A stretch of DNA of 62,000 nt from Octopus vulgaris (Eukaryota). The stretch covers positions 35,608,001-35,670,000 of the forward strand of contig OX597815.1 of assembly GCA_951406725.2 (NCBI GenBank), read 5' to 3'. Positions 37,659 to 51,128 of this stretch are shown piece by piece; position 1 is the stretch's first letter, and each line of letters starts with the position of its first letter. The translations under genes and the position numbers were made by a program. Below the pieces are notes generated by a model. The model was not told where the DNA came from and made no database searches. It worked only from the letters and a program-made list of their open reading frames with translations.

Positions 37659-38296
37659 GGTCAACACAAATCGAGAAGACTCTATGGCAACACTAATCGA
37701 GAAGACTCTATGGCAATACTAATCGAGAAGACTCTAGGGCAACACTAATCGAGAAGACTCTATGGCAACACTAATCGAGAAGACTCTAGGGCAACACTAA
37801 TAGAGGACACTCTAGGGCAACACTAATCGAAAATACTCTAGGGCAACACTAATAGAGAAAACTCTTGGGCAACACTAATCGAGAAGACTCTAGGGCAACA
37901 CTAACAGAGAAGACTCGAGGGCAACACTAATCGAGAAGACTCTAGGCCAACACTAATCGAGAAGACTCCAGGGCAACACTAATCGAGAAGACTCTATGGC
38001 AACACTAATCGAGAAGACTCTAGGGCAACACTAATAGAGGAGACTCTAGGGCAACACTAATCGAAAAGACTCTAGGGCAACACTAATCGAAAATACTCTA
38101 GGGCAACACTAATAGAGAAGACTCTAGGGCAACACTAATCGAAAAGACTCTAGGGCAACACTAATCGAGAAGACTCTAGGGCCACACTAATCGAGAAGAC
38201 TCCAGGGCATCACTAATCGAGAAGACTCTAGGGCAACACTAATCGAAAAGACTCTTGGGCAACACTAATCGAGAAGACTCCAGGGTAACACTAATC
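37659..38296. repeat. 26-bp minisatellite, 24.5 units (GGGCAACACTAATCGAGAAGACTCTA)
   Basis: Units counted at exact 26-bp phase with no indels. Confidence 0.98.
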
Positions 38297-39013
38297 AAAG
38301 GTTTTCTAATCATGACTACTCCGGTTTTTAATTATTTATTTATTTATTTATTTATTGTTGTCTTTACAGTCGTATCTAAGACTACATGAATAATGTCCGA
38401 ATCTTATTTAAAGTTGGGATTTGAAGGAGATTTGGCTACTATTTCTAATAGATCGAACAACCACCTTAGAGGCTTCCTCGTTGGCTCTGGTGAATAATAC
38501 TTGCGTGGTGCTCTCCCAGCATGTGATAGGAAGGCTGGTATTGAGAGTAGGGTTAGCGGGGGCTGCGAGTGCATTGCTTGCACCTGGAGCATTGACGCGG
38601 AATTGGTAATGCAGATTGACTACTCAGAGCATCCTGATTAAGTTTAAAAATACACTCATACGGAGAAAAGATGACGAGGAGGAAGAAGCGAAAGAAGGGA
38701 ATAAGGAGGAGAACAACAAAGAGGAATAGGAGGGTAGTGCTGATATATTTCGCTCACCAATTTTGGTATACATTTCACCATCGAATAATGGATGTTTTAT
38801 CATATATATATTTTTGGAACTATGGCATCATTGATTAGATATTTCCTCTGGTTCACTGACATTTCGGAGAATAAGAGTGATATGGGAGTGTGTGTGGATT
38901 GACCCAACAATTTACTGAAATTTCAATGATGATGATAAAGATGATGAAGATAATAATGGTGACGGCGACGTCGCCGGCGACGATGACGATTATAATGATG
39001 ATGATAGCGTGGA

Positions 39014-39500
39014 GGGCGGAGAGCTGGCAGAAACGTTAGCACGCCGGGCGAAATGCGTAGTCGTATTTCGTCTGTCGTTACGTTGTGAGTTCAAATTCCG
39101 CCGAGGTCGACTTTGCCTTTCATCCTTTCGGGGTCGATAAATTAAGTACCAGTTACGCACTGGGGTCGATGTAATTGACTTAATACCTATGTCTGTCTTT
39201 GTTTGTCCCCTCTATGTTTAGCCCCTTGTGGGTAATAAAGAAACATATAATGATGATGATAGCGTGGAGGGCGGCGAGCTGGCAGAAACATTAGCAGGCC
39301 AGGCGAAATGCGTAGCCGTATTTCGTCTGTCGTTACGTTGTGAGTTCAAATTCCGCCGAGGTCGACTTTGCCTTTCATTCTTTCGGCGTCGATAAATTAA
39401 GCACCAGTTACGCACTGGGGTCGATGTAATTGACTTAATACCTATGTCTGTCTTTGTTTGTCCCCTCTATGTTTAGCCCCTTGTGGGTAATAAGGAAAGA
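39014..39500 (+). mobile_element. Two tandem full-length SINE family B copies
   Basis: Each is preceded by the same 24-bp tataatgatgatgatagcgtggag. Confidence 0.95.
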
Positions 39501-40010
39501 AAAAATGGTGGTGACAATGATGATTATCTTGACAACGACCGCAACTACGGCGACAACAACGACGTCACCAAAGACTGCGAGGACGACGATGATATATTTC
39601 TTGTACGTTTAACGATGGTAATAACCATGACCCGACGACGACGACGACGACGATGGTGAGGATTATTAGCGTTTAACATGACAGGAATAGTAGCAGTAGT
39701 TAGTTTCAGCAAGTGAAAAAGAAAACAAGTGTATGACCTACTCACAACATCCTAATACGTCACACATTAGTTAGTGTATGCGCGCGCTTGTATGTACGGG
39801 ATCTTTTACTCGTTTTAGTCAACGGACTAACGTCCATGCTGGGGCATTGCCATAAAGGATTTTAGTCGAAGAAATCGCCCCCAATTTTTTCTTTTGGAAG
39901 GGCGGGGTTGTCTTTTTAAAGTTTGCTATTATATATCGGCCTCTTTAGGCTAAGTTACAAGGACACCCGATGGCAAACCGTGGTGGATAACAAACACAAA
40001 GACACAGGCA

Positions 40011-40088
<78 letters not shown>

Positions 40089-40301
40089 AGAGGTGGGGGC
40101 GAAAAGTTCCTGGCTTTGGGTAAAAGAAAATGCAGGATAATCAGTTAATTATGATTTTATTCAACACGTTCCCCACTCAGATACACACACTTATTGCAGC
40201 GGTCCTTCTGATCCTTTTAAGCCCTGAAAAAGAACTCAGAAGGCTGGACCTCCAGCCAGGCCTTTCGCGACACCCTTAAAGTCGGGAACTTTTCAGCCCC
40301 T

Positions 40302-40306
<5 letters not shown>
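40089..40306. mobile_element. Non-autonomous mariner-type MITE (right end repeated at about 36085-36136)
   Basis: TIRs agaggtgggggcgaaaagttcctggcttt and aaagtcgggaacttttcagcccctcctcg; TA on the left. Confidence 0.75.
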
Positions 40307-40364
<58 letters not shown>

Positions 40365-40589
40365 CATGTGTGTGTATTCTTTTACTTTTATTCTGTTACT
40401 TGTTTCAGTCATTTGACTGCGGCCATGCTGTAGCATCATCTTTAGTGGAACGAATCGACCCCAGGACTTATTCTTTGAAAGCCTAGTACTTATTCTATCG
40501 ATCTCTTTTGCCGAACCGTTAAGTTGCATGAACGTAAACACACCAATATCGGTTGTCAAGCGATGGTTGGGACAAACACAGACACACAA

Positions 40590-40679
<90 letters not shown>

Positions 40680-40862
40680 GTGGGGTCATAGGGTTGTGAG
40701 GGTTGTAATATAATATTTATGGCCATACCTAGTCATGAGCTGTCAACTCACTCTATTCTTTTATTTAAGATAGACACAGTCGTCTAGGCTCAGATTTATT
40801 AGCTGATAAAGAGATATATGAATTAGAAATGAATTACAACCCTTACAATCCAATGGCTCCAC
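40680..40862. mobile_element. Small MITE with ~30-bp imperfect TIRs
   Basis: gtggggtcatagggttgtgagggttgtaat vs reverse complement of attacaacccttacaatccaatggctccac; TAT on both flanks. Confidence 0.55.
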
Positions 40863-41198
40863 TATACTCCATGTGATTCCTATAAGTTGTAGTCTATTCC
40901 TAGCTACAACAACAACAACATGAATTTCCTCCATCTTTTTACTCTGTTAAATTATTTAAGAAAAATTATATTAATGTGTCCTACTTGATAAAATTCCACT
41001 TATTTGGGCAACTGAAGATAGCACTGCATTTAAACTGATGTAATGAATGCATTGTTCAATTAAATGGAGACGCTAGAAACGGTCGTACTGCATTTGATAT
41101 TCTGTTGCTTATTTTGATTTTACTCACCTTACTTCGAGGTATGCGGATAATACCGGACTGACTTAGTGCTTTAACTTAAGTATCTAATTCAACTAAAT

Positions 41199-41263
<65 letters not shown>

Positions 41264-41707
41264 CAAAAGATGGGGTGTATTTCCACGCAGGAAAAAATAA
41301 AGGCAAATTTGTTGTTGAAAATGCACCTAAATTTGAAAAACTTGTAATTGCTTGAAATAAATTTATTTACATATATACCAAATAAGTTTCAACAATACGT
41401 TTTGTTTATCAATGGTAAAAGTTTTAAATTATGAATCAGAAAAACAGCATTAAAAGTTTCAATGTTGACAAATTAAAATGTTCGTAACAGACAAATTTAG
41501 AACATTGAATTAGGAAAACATGTTCAGAAATTTCGATGTCGACAAGTCTAAATGTTCATAACAGTCAATAATATTAGACCTGTGCATCAATTTATTTGAA
41601 TGTACAAAGCTCATTAGTGTTAGTAGTAATCGACAAGAAATGAATATCATAAAACTTTTAATCATACTGAGTTAAGAGGGAAAAAGACAAGGGAAAAAAT
41701 GGAGATA

Positions 41708-42118
41708 GGCGCAGGAGTGGCTGTGTGGTAAGTAGCTTGCTAACCAACCACATGGTTCCGGGTTCAGTCCCACTGCGTGGCACCTTGGGCAAGTGTCTTC
41801 TGCTATAGCCCCGGGCCGACCAATGCCTTGTGAGTGGATTTGGTAGACGGAAACTGAAAGAAGCCTGTCGTATATATGTATATATATATATATGCATGTG
41901 TGTGTGTGTTTGTGTGTCTATGTTTGTCCCCCTAGCATTGCTTGACAGCCGATGCTGGTGTGTTTACGTCCCCGTCACTTAGCGGTTCGGCAAAAGAGAC
42001 CGATAGAATAAGTACTGGGCTTACAAAGAATAAGTCCCGGGGTCGATTTGCTCGTCTAAAGGCGGTGCTCCAGCATGGCCGCAGTCAAATGACTGAAACA
42101 AGTAAAAGAGTAAAAGAG
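41708..42118 (+). mobile_element. SINE family A, full-length
   Basis: A box tggctgtgtggta and B box ggttcagtccc; internal (TA)(TG)n; tail (gtaaaaga)n. Confidence 0.95.
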
Positions 42119-42189
42119 ATAGTAAAAAAGGGGATTTGGTTTACTTTCTCTGATCCTCTTTTCGTCGTGCGTAGGAACTTTCGCTTGTA

Positions 42190-44015
42190 GCGATGTGCTT
42201 TGGAATCCGGTGTATTTATAATTTATTCCGCGAGCGGATCTGATTTTTTATTCATTAAAGTACAGGTGCGTCTTGTTTTTCTGGTTGTCAAGTTTGTCGT
42301 TCTGCCTGGTTGGCTTCCTTGTGGGGTACGGGCATCAGTCTTTCCGGTTGATTGATTCTCTTAAAGTGTCATTTTGTTGTATTTGCTGATGTTCGGTTTC
42401 GATTTGTCTAGAGTTAGGCGACGTCAGCAACTAGCGTTTGTAAAATTTCATTGGTCTAGACATAGGTGACGTCGGCAATTGGTGTTTGTATGGTGATTTG
42501 GAGTTGCAGTTTCGAAACCCGGGTGGAAGACTTTTACTAAAGTATTTAAAATTGTTTGTTGTTCCTAGTTATTATTTTTGTTTTTGTGGAGAAATTGAAC
42601 CTTTTTCCCTTTTTCTCTTTAGTGTTTTTTCTTCTTTCTAAAGCTGTGCTTTATATTTTTTAATGAACACACTTTCCTTATTTAAACGGAATTGGGTTGA
42701 TAGAGAGGGAAGATATGGTATTTCAGGTTTATATTTACAGGGCATTGGTCTAGATGTTTGCTTACGGGAATTAGTCTGTCCCTCAAGGTTAAACTAATTT
42801 GACCTATGTAGTCTCCACCACACTCTCCACATTTGGGAACATAGACTAAGTTCTTCAAAGCACAGGGGAAGTGATTTTTTAATGGTAAAACTTTGACCTG
42901 ACCTAAATTTGTATGTTGAGCCCTCTAAGAGGAAGATGCAAGTTCTGCAGTTAGGGCGGTTGCGTATTTGGCTAATGAGGTTGTATTTTTGGTGGGTAAT
43001 TTGGCGCTGGTGAATAACTTTTTTTAGGGATTGCGGTTGTCTTTTGCTTTTAATAATCCAGTATTTCCAGTGCCTTTTCTATTCGTGGGTCCTTCATATG
43101 GAGGGGTATATTTTGGTGGGTGATGTTTTATGCTTCCATGTTCCTCAGAGTGTGTGTTGATATGAAAGATAAAGTTTTCAGTGTGTCATGGTGCCTTCTT
43201 GTTTTCCGTAATTCTTGGTTGTCTATCATTTTTGCGCATTCTATTCCGTTTTTTATTAGATTGGCCGGGTATTTTCTATCTAGTAATGTGTTTTTAAGTT
43301 CTTGGAGTCGCTTTTCTCGGGTTTCAGGATATGATGCAATCGTGCAAATTCTTCCAGCTAAGTTAAACGATATATTTATTTTAGTATGTTTTGGGTGGCA
43401 GGAGGAGAATAGAAGATATTGTTTTGAGACCGATGGTTTGAAGAAGATGTCGGTTTCAATCTTAGTATCTCTCTTTATTATTAAGATGGCCGGGAAGGGT
43501 AGTTGTTGGTGGTTGTATTCCATAGTGAATTGGATACTGTGATCAATGCTGTTGATTAAGTTTTTAAATTCTGTGAGTTGTTCAATGTTATGCGGCCAAA
43601 GGATGAAACAGTCATCCAGATAGCGTTTCCAGTTGGTAAGTAGGTATTTTTGGAAATTTTCCCCAAATTTTAATCTTGCGTGTTCGTATATTTGGACTTC
43701 CAAGTATGCCATGACAAGGTTGGCAAAAGTAGGTGCTACTCTCGTTCCCATCACCGTGCCCGATTTTTGTCTATAAGGGTTTTCGTTGAAATTGAAGAAG
43801 TTGTTCTGTAGAATGAACCTTATTCCTTCAACGATGAATTCTTTTCCAATTTGGTCAGGAAAGTCATTTGAGAATTTTTCAAGTCAGTATTGCTTGGCTA
43901 TTATTCCGAATTCGTGAGGAATCGAGGTGTAGAGGTTTATTACATCGAATGAAACCAGAAGGGAGTCCTTGCTGGTTTTGCTCGGGAGATACTTTAAAAA
44001 GTCCAGATCATCTCT
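42190..44015 (-). mobile_element. Penelope-like element, 5'-truncated RT plus GIY-YIG pseudogene
   Basis: SFDVINLYTSIP, GTVMGTRVAPTFANLVM, WKRYLDDCF, YLLFSSCHP and NLVYV..CGECGGDYIGQ...LRDR. Confidence 0.93.
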
Positions 44016-44089
44016 TATAAAGCTTCGTATATGTTGGAGAATAGGTTTAAGGTGAAGATGCATATATATATATATATATTATTATTATA

Positions 44090-44982
<893 letters not shown>

Positions 44983-45015
44983 GTGTATGTATGTATGATT
45001 GTATGCATAAGTATA

Positions 45016-46272
45016 ACAGATCCTCTCATAAGTTCAGTTCGATTTTATCTTTTTTTTAATTGAATAAAATTTAATAGAATTTTAGAATATCTAATGGAAT
45101 TTAAAATTATTTTTATGCATTTGTGTACATTTAAACTAATTAAAAATTATTTTACAGAATAACAGAATTAAAATTTCTTTGATTAAAACCCTTTCTAACA
45201 TGGAAGTATCCAAAGAGCATTTGAGGCACATAATGCTTTATGAGTACAATAAAAGGAAACTCTGCAGCCGAGCAACTCGAAATATACACTCAGATTATGG
45301 GAAAGAATGCTTGAATCAAAGATGGTTTGCAAAATTCAGAAGTGGAGATTTCAACCTCAAAGATGAAGATCCAACAGGACTTCCCGTTGAGTTTGATGAT
45401 AAGCTCCTTAAGGTATTACTTGAAGAAAATCCTGCATTATCAGTTGAAGAATTTGGCAATAAAGCTTAGTTCAAACCACACAACTGTTCATCGTCATCTT
45501 CAACAACTTGGAAAGGTTCCTAAACTTGGAAAATGGGTGCCTCATGAATTGTCCGAAAACAACCGCAAATCCCGACTTGACATCTGCTCTTCTTTCCATT
45601 CCCGCGAACTCATTTCACCCTTTTTGGATAGACTTGTGACTGGTGACGAAAAGTGGATCTTCCATCGAAATGTTAAACGTTGTAAACAGTGGCTTGGTAA
45701 AAAGGAAAAAGTTCAACCACAACCGAGAAGGGAACTTTATGGGGAAAAGGTTCTTCTCTCTATCCGGTGGGATTGTAAAGGAGTAACTCACTTTGAATTG
45801 TTACCACCTAATGCAACAATCAAAGCCCAAGTCTACTGTCAGCAATTAGAGTATTTCAACCAAACTTTGAAGGAAAAGAGACCTGCTTTAGTGAATCGGA
45901 ATGGAGTGATGTTTCATGAGAACAATGCGCAACCCACACACAGAAGGTCGAAGAACTTGGGAAAAAATTCCTCATCCACCTTATTCTCCCGACCTTGCTC
46001 CTTCAGACTACCATTTGTTTCGTAGTTTACAGAATCATTTAGGGGACATAACTTTCGCAAGCCAGGAGGAGGTCGAAACTGACATTTCAGAGTTGTTCGC
46101 TTAGAAACCAAAAGAGTTTTACATTGATTGGCTTAAAAAGCTTGTAAGTAGATGGAAGGAAGTCATAGATAATCAGGGAAAGTACATTGATGATTAAATT
46201 TCGATTAAGTATAACATTTGACCACTTGTTTTCTTTATTCAAAATTCGGACAGAACTTATGGGATGACCTGA
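45016..46272 (+). mobile_element. Full-length mariner (1257 bp, TA TSD) with disrupted transposase
   Basis: 27-bp TIRs (left one decayed); WVPHEL, VTGDEKW, FHENNA and YSPDLAPSDYHLF motifs. Confidence 0.95.
45200..46197 (+). pseudogene. Mariner transposase pseudogene
   Basis: ATG at 45200 (MEVSKEHLRHIML) to TAA at 46197; at least two frameshifts. Confidence 0.9.
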
Positions 46273-46410
46273 TATATATATAGCGGACTTATTCATTTGC
46301 CACCCACCAGATCCGCTCACAAGGTTTTTGGTCAGCCCAGGGTTATAGTAGAACACATTTGGCCAGAGTGCCACACTGAGACTGAATTCAGAACTATATA
46401 GTTGGGTATA

Positions 46411-46636
46411 GGCGGCGAGCTGGCAGAAACGTTAGCAGGCCGGGCGAAATGCGTAGCCGTATTTCGTCTGCCGTTACATTCTCAGTTCAAATTCCGCCGA
46501 GGTCGACTTTGCCTTTCATCCTTTCGAGGTCGATAAATTAAGTACCAGTGACGCATTGATGTAGATATAATCGACTTAATACTTTGTCCTTGTTTGTCCC
46601 CTCTATGTTTTGCTTCTTGTGGGTAATAAAGAAATA
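46411..46636 (+). mobile_element. SINE family B nested in a minus-strand family A copy
   Basis: Flanking tatatagYtggg duplication; family A sequence on both sides (46285-46400 and 46640-46680). Confidence 0.85.
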
Positions 46637-46806
46637 TATATAGCTGGGAAGCAAATTTCCTTCCATATAGACACTCCAGCGTCTTTAATATATTTTTAAT
46701 GTGTTTATCTTTTATTTTTCACTTGTTTGACATTAGACCGCAGCCATGTTGTGCAACACTAGCATCACTTGTCAAACGGTGAAGGGGGACAAATAGACAG
46801 AAACAG

Positions 46807-46851
<45 letters not shown>

Positions 46852-47029
46852 AATACATACGACTGGCTTCTTCCAGCTTCCCTCTACTGAATCCCCTTAC
46901 AACCATGTGGTCGGGAAGCAAGCTACTTACCACACAGCCACGCCTTCTTTATTTATTAGTAACCAAGAAGGAATTTTTTTTATTTAAAAACTTAACTTAT
47001 TTATTATTTCTTATCATTAGTCATAGTCT

Positions 47030-47266
47030 TATTATTTTATTTGTTTCAGTCATATGACTGCAGCCACGCTGGAGCACCGCCTTTTAGTCGAGCAAATCGA
47101 GCCCAACACTTATTCGACTCCAGTACTTATTCTATCGGGCTCTTTTGCCGAACCGCTAAGTTACGGGTGACGTAAACTCACCAGCATTGGTTGTCAAGTG
47201 ATGTTGTGGGGGACCAACGCAGATACCACAAACATATACACACACGCACGCACACACACGCACACA

Positions 47267-47330
<64 letters not shown>

Positions 47331-47450
47331 GGGGCTTCTTTCAATTTCCGTCAACCAAATCCACTCACAAGGCTTTGGTCGGCTGCCCAAAGTGCCACGC
47401 AGTAGGACTAAACCCGGAACTATGTGGTTGGTAAGCCACTCCTGCGCTTA
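47030..47450 (-). mobile_element. SINE family A
   Basis: Consensus match. Confidence 0.9.
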
Positions 47451-47809
47451 TGTTAACTAATTTCAATCAGTTTCGGATGTGGATTCCACGTGATAGAAGT
47501 TTACAAACTTCACAAGTTCAAACCTAGAAGAGGTCAACTTTGACGTTTATTCTTCCAGGCTGGATATTATTAGTACCAGTTGCTGTTGCTACTGTTTAGC
47601 CCATGGTCAATCTTGAGCAAGTACACCTGTGTATCCCAGTCTTCCTGTATCTAAAATTACACAATGGAAATGTGTCTCTATTTTAAAGTATGGTTTGGGA
47701 GAGATTTGACTGCTATTTCTAATCGATGGAAAGGCTATGTAGTGGTTTCCTTTTTGGTTCGACACGTACCAGTAAAATATTCGGATAAGTTTGATTATGG
47801 TCTCTAGAA

Positions 47810-48007
47810 GAATCGTTAGAGCGACGGTCAAAATGCTTAGCAGTATTTCTTCCGACTTTATGTCCTGGGTTCAAATGCCTCCGAAACCGACTTTAGTTTT
47901 CATCCTTTCGGGGTCGATAAAGTAAGTACCAGTTGAACATTGGGGTCGAGCTAATTGATTTATTCCCCCTCACCTAAAATTGCTAGTCTTGTACCAAAAT
48001 TTAAAAC

Positions 48008-48083
<76 letters not shown>

Positions 48084-48527
48084 ATTATTATGTAAAAGGT
48101 GGCGAGCTGATAGAATCGTTAGCACGCAGGGCGAAATGCTTTGCGGCACTTGGTCTGTCTGCACGTTCTGAGTTCAAATTACGCCGAAATCGACTTTACC
48201 TTTCATCCTTTCGGGGTCGATAAAATAAGTACCAGTTACGCACTGATTCGATGTAATCGTCTTAATCCCTTCCCCCAAATTTGAGGCCTTGTGCTTCCAG
48301 AAGAAATAATTATTATTATTATTAAGATAGTCAGGTGGCAGAACTGGTAGCACGCCGGGTAAAATGCTTAGCGGCATTTCGTCCGTTTTTGCGTTCTCAG
48401 TTGAAATTCCACCAAAGTCGACTTTACCTTTCATGCTTTCGGAGTCGATAAAATAAGTACCAGTTGAGCACTAGTTTCGATGTAATCGACTTAGCTCCAC
48501 CCCCACCTTGTGTCTTTAATAGAAAAG

Positions 48528-48584
<57 letters not shown>

Positions 48585-48585
48585 G
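47810..48585 (+). mobile_element. Three older family B SINEs, each followed by (TTA)n
   Basis: Copies at about 47810, 48098 and 48333. Confidence 0.85.
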
Positions 48586-49329
48586 AGTGCCACGTAGTAT
48601 TACTGGCTCATTCGTCTCAAAAATTAGTCGTAGACCGTTTAGAGAATAACTAACGTTTTGGGTGGATCACGTTATAAATAGATTCTCCTACTCTTATACA
48701 GAAGTAGTGGAGTTATAAAAATATATATTTATAGCAACATAAACTGAGACAGCGAGACAAGTTAATTGATCAAGCCATACAAGTGGATCGGTGTTGGTAA
48801 CAACAGGATGTCATTCGTCGTTCCGTCATCTCGTAATCCAAACAACCAACCGCATCTGTCAACAGTAGCTATGTTTTTGAATCCTTGTCACAAAAATCTA
48901 AACACGTACATTTAAAAATGATCAAATTTCAGGTTCTGTGACCGAAACAGTTATTCTCTAACAAAATACCTTGCTGTATTTGATTGAAATTTCTTCACGT
49001 TTTGATTTCAAATCTCACCGAGGTCTTTCATCCCTCTGAGGTCGATAGAATAAGTTTCCAGTCAAGTACTGGAATCAATGTAATCGACTCCCCCACCCAC
49101 ACACACAGCCTCAAAAACTGCTGAAATTATTGGAGAGGTGGATGAAATGTCCGAATCGTTGGAACGTCGAAGAAAATGCTTTTCCGTATTTGTTCCAGCT
49201 TCGTATGCTCAGAGTTCATATGTCACCTTTTGGAATCGATAAAGTAAGGTACCAGTCAAGTATTTATAATTTTTCGTTATAATCGAATATTGCAGCCTCC
49301 CTCAAAATTGCGCTTGAATTGGTTTCAAA

Positions 49330-49937
49330 TGTGTGGCACAAGGCCAGCAATTTCGATGGCGGAGTTAAGACGATTACTTCGACTCCAATGTTCAACTGGT
49401 ACTTATGTTATCGACCTTGAAAGAATGAACGGCAAAGTCGACCTCGGCGGAATTTGAACTCGGAACGTAAAGATGGACGAAATACCTATTTCTTTATTAC
49501 CCACAAGGGGCTAAACACAGAGGGGACAAACAAGGACAGACACACGGATTAAGCCGATTACATCGACTCCAGTGCGTAACTGGTACTTATTTAATCGACC
49601 CCCGAAAGGACGAAAGGCAAAGTCGACCTCGGCGGAATTTGAACTCACAACATAACGGCAAACGAAATACCTATTTCTTTACTACCCACAAGGGGCTAAA
49701 CACAGACGGGACAAACAAGGACAGACAAACGGATTAAGTCGATTACATCGACCCCAGTGCGTAACTAGTACTTATTTAATCGACCCCGAAATGATGAAAG
49801 GCAAAGTCGACCTCGGCGGAATTTGAACTCAGAACGTAACAGCAGACGAAATACCGCAAAGCATTTCGCCCGGCGTGCTAACGTTCTCACAACGTAACGG
49901 CAGACGAAATACCGCTAAGCATTTCGCCCGGTGTGAA
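49330..49937 (-). mobile_element. Nested/tandem SINE family B cluster (period 185 bp)
   Basis: Junctions at 49486 and 49671; duplicated head at 49885-49937. Confidence 0.92.
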
Positions 49938-50200
49938 AACTTGCTGCCTTAAAAGATTGTGTCTAAATTAAAGATAATTAAGGGCAGCGAATTAGCAGAA
50001 TCGTTGGCGCATTGGGCAAAATGTCTTGCAGTATTTTGTTGCATCATTCTGTTTTGAGACCAAATCCATTTTGTGCGTGATGTAACATTACGACGACTGA
50101 TGACAACATTTCGACAACGAAACATTCAACGATGGAAGTTTTAACGAGTTTTAAAGAATAAAGTCATGTGAAATGTTCGGACAGGCATGTAATGCGAAAA

Positions 50201-50245
<45 letters not shown>

Positions 50246-50354
50246 ACACACACGCACACACAAATACATAAACTGAAATTAAACGTTAAATTACAAAAAA
50301 ACTTTTTTTTTTTTTTTTAGTAATTCAACTCTTGGAGTTTGTCAAACAAATTAC

Positions 50355-50890
50355 AATTTTCGGCGGAATTCTGGTTTAAGCACCCCCATAAGCCCCCAGA
50401 ACTATTTTAGTTTTTGGAATCTACAGAAAATTTTCGCGAATTTCTATTCTAGACACAGGAATTCATACAATTATGCAAAAAAAATAATAATAATTTCTTT
50501 AACCATCAACCCAATAAACTCTTCAAATTCCACTGTTTTCGAAATTTTTAAAAATCAGGGTTTAAAATAAGGACACTCCGAATTGTTTGCTTAAATCCCA
50601 GCTGTAGACCACACTTGAGTGCATCATCGTTCAGTTTAATGATATTATAGAGAAAAGGGTATTGAAAACATCAATACATGTCGGAGTGACAAAGAAACGA
50701 GGAAGGTATCAGGTGGTCGTGAGTTGTGCTAAAGCAACAACTAAATCACCTTTAAATCACACACTTTTTTTTTTCATAATCGTATAAATTCCCGTGTGTA
50801 GAACATAAAATTCGCAAAAATTTTCTGTAGATTCCAAAACTTTTTTAAAAAAAGTTATGAGTGCTTAAGTCAGCATTCTGCCCAATTTTC
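50355..50890. mobile_element. Old fold-back/MITE with ~130-bp diverged TIRs
   Basis: ttttggaatctacagaaaattttcgcgaattt vs reverse complement of aaaattcgcaaaaattttctgtagattccaaaa, with homology extending on both sides. Confidence 0.75.
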
Positions 50891-51128
50891 ATATCTCATG
50901 AGCCATATCAACTCGCAGAAATATGAATCAACCATAGAAGGGTGGATCCCACAGCGACAGTAATAGACGGGTACAAGCAGGAAACCACAATGCTACTGAC
51001 GAGTCAGCAAGCTACAAAACAGCTTGGCTTGGAAACAGGCACCAATATATCTGTGGTTTTCGACAAGCTAAAATTACCCCAAATCTGCTAACTTCAAAAG
51101 CTATTAACTTTTTATTAATTAATTTATA

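Noticed and set aside
37659-38296. CRISPR-like array
   Set aside because: Units are contiguous with no unique spacers, there are no cas genes, and the context is eukaryotic.
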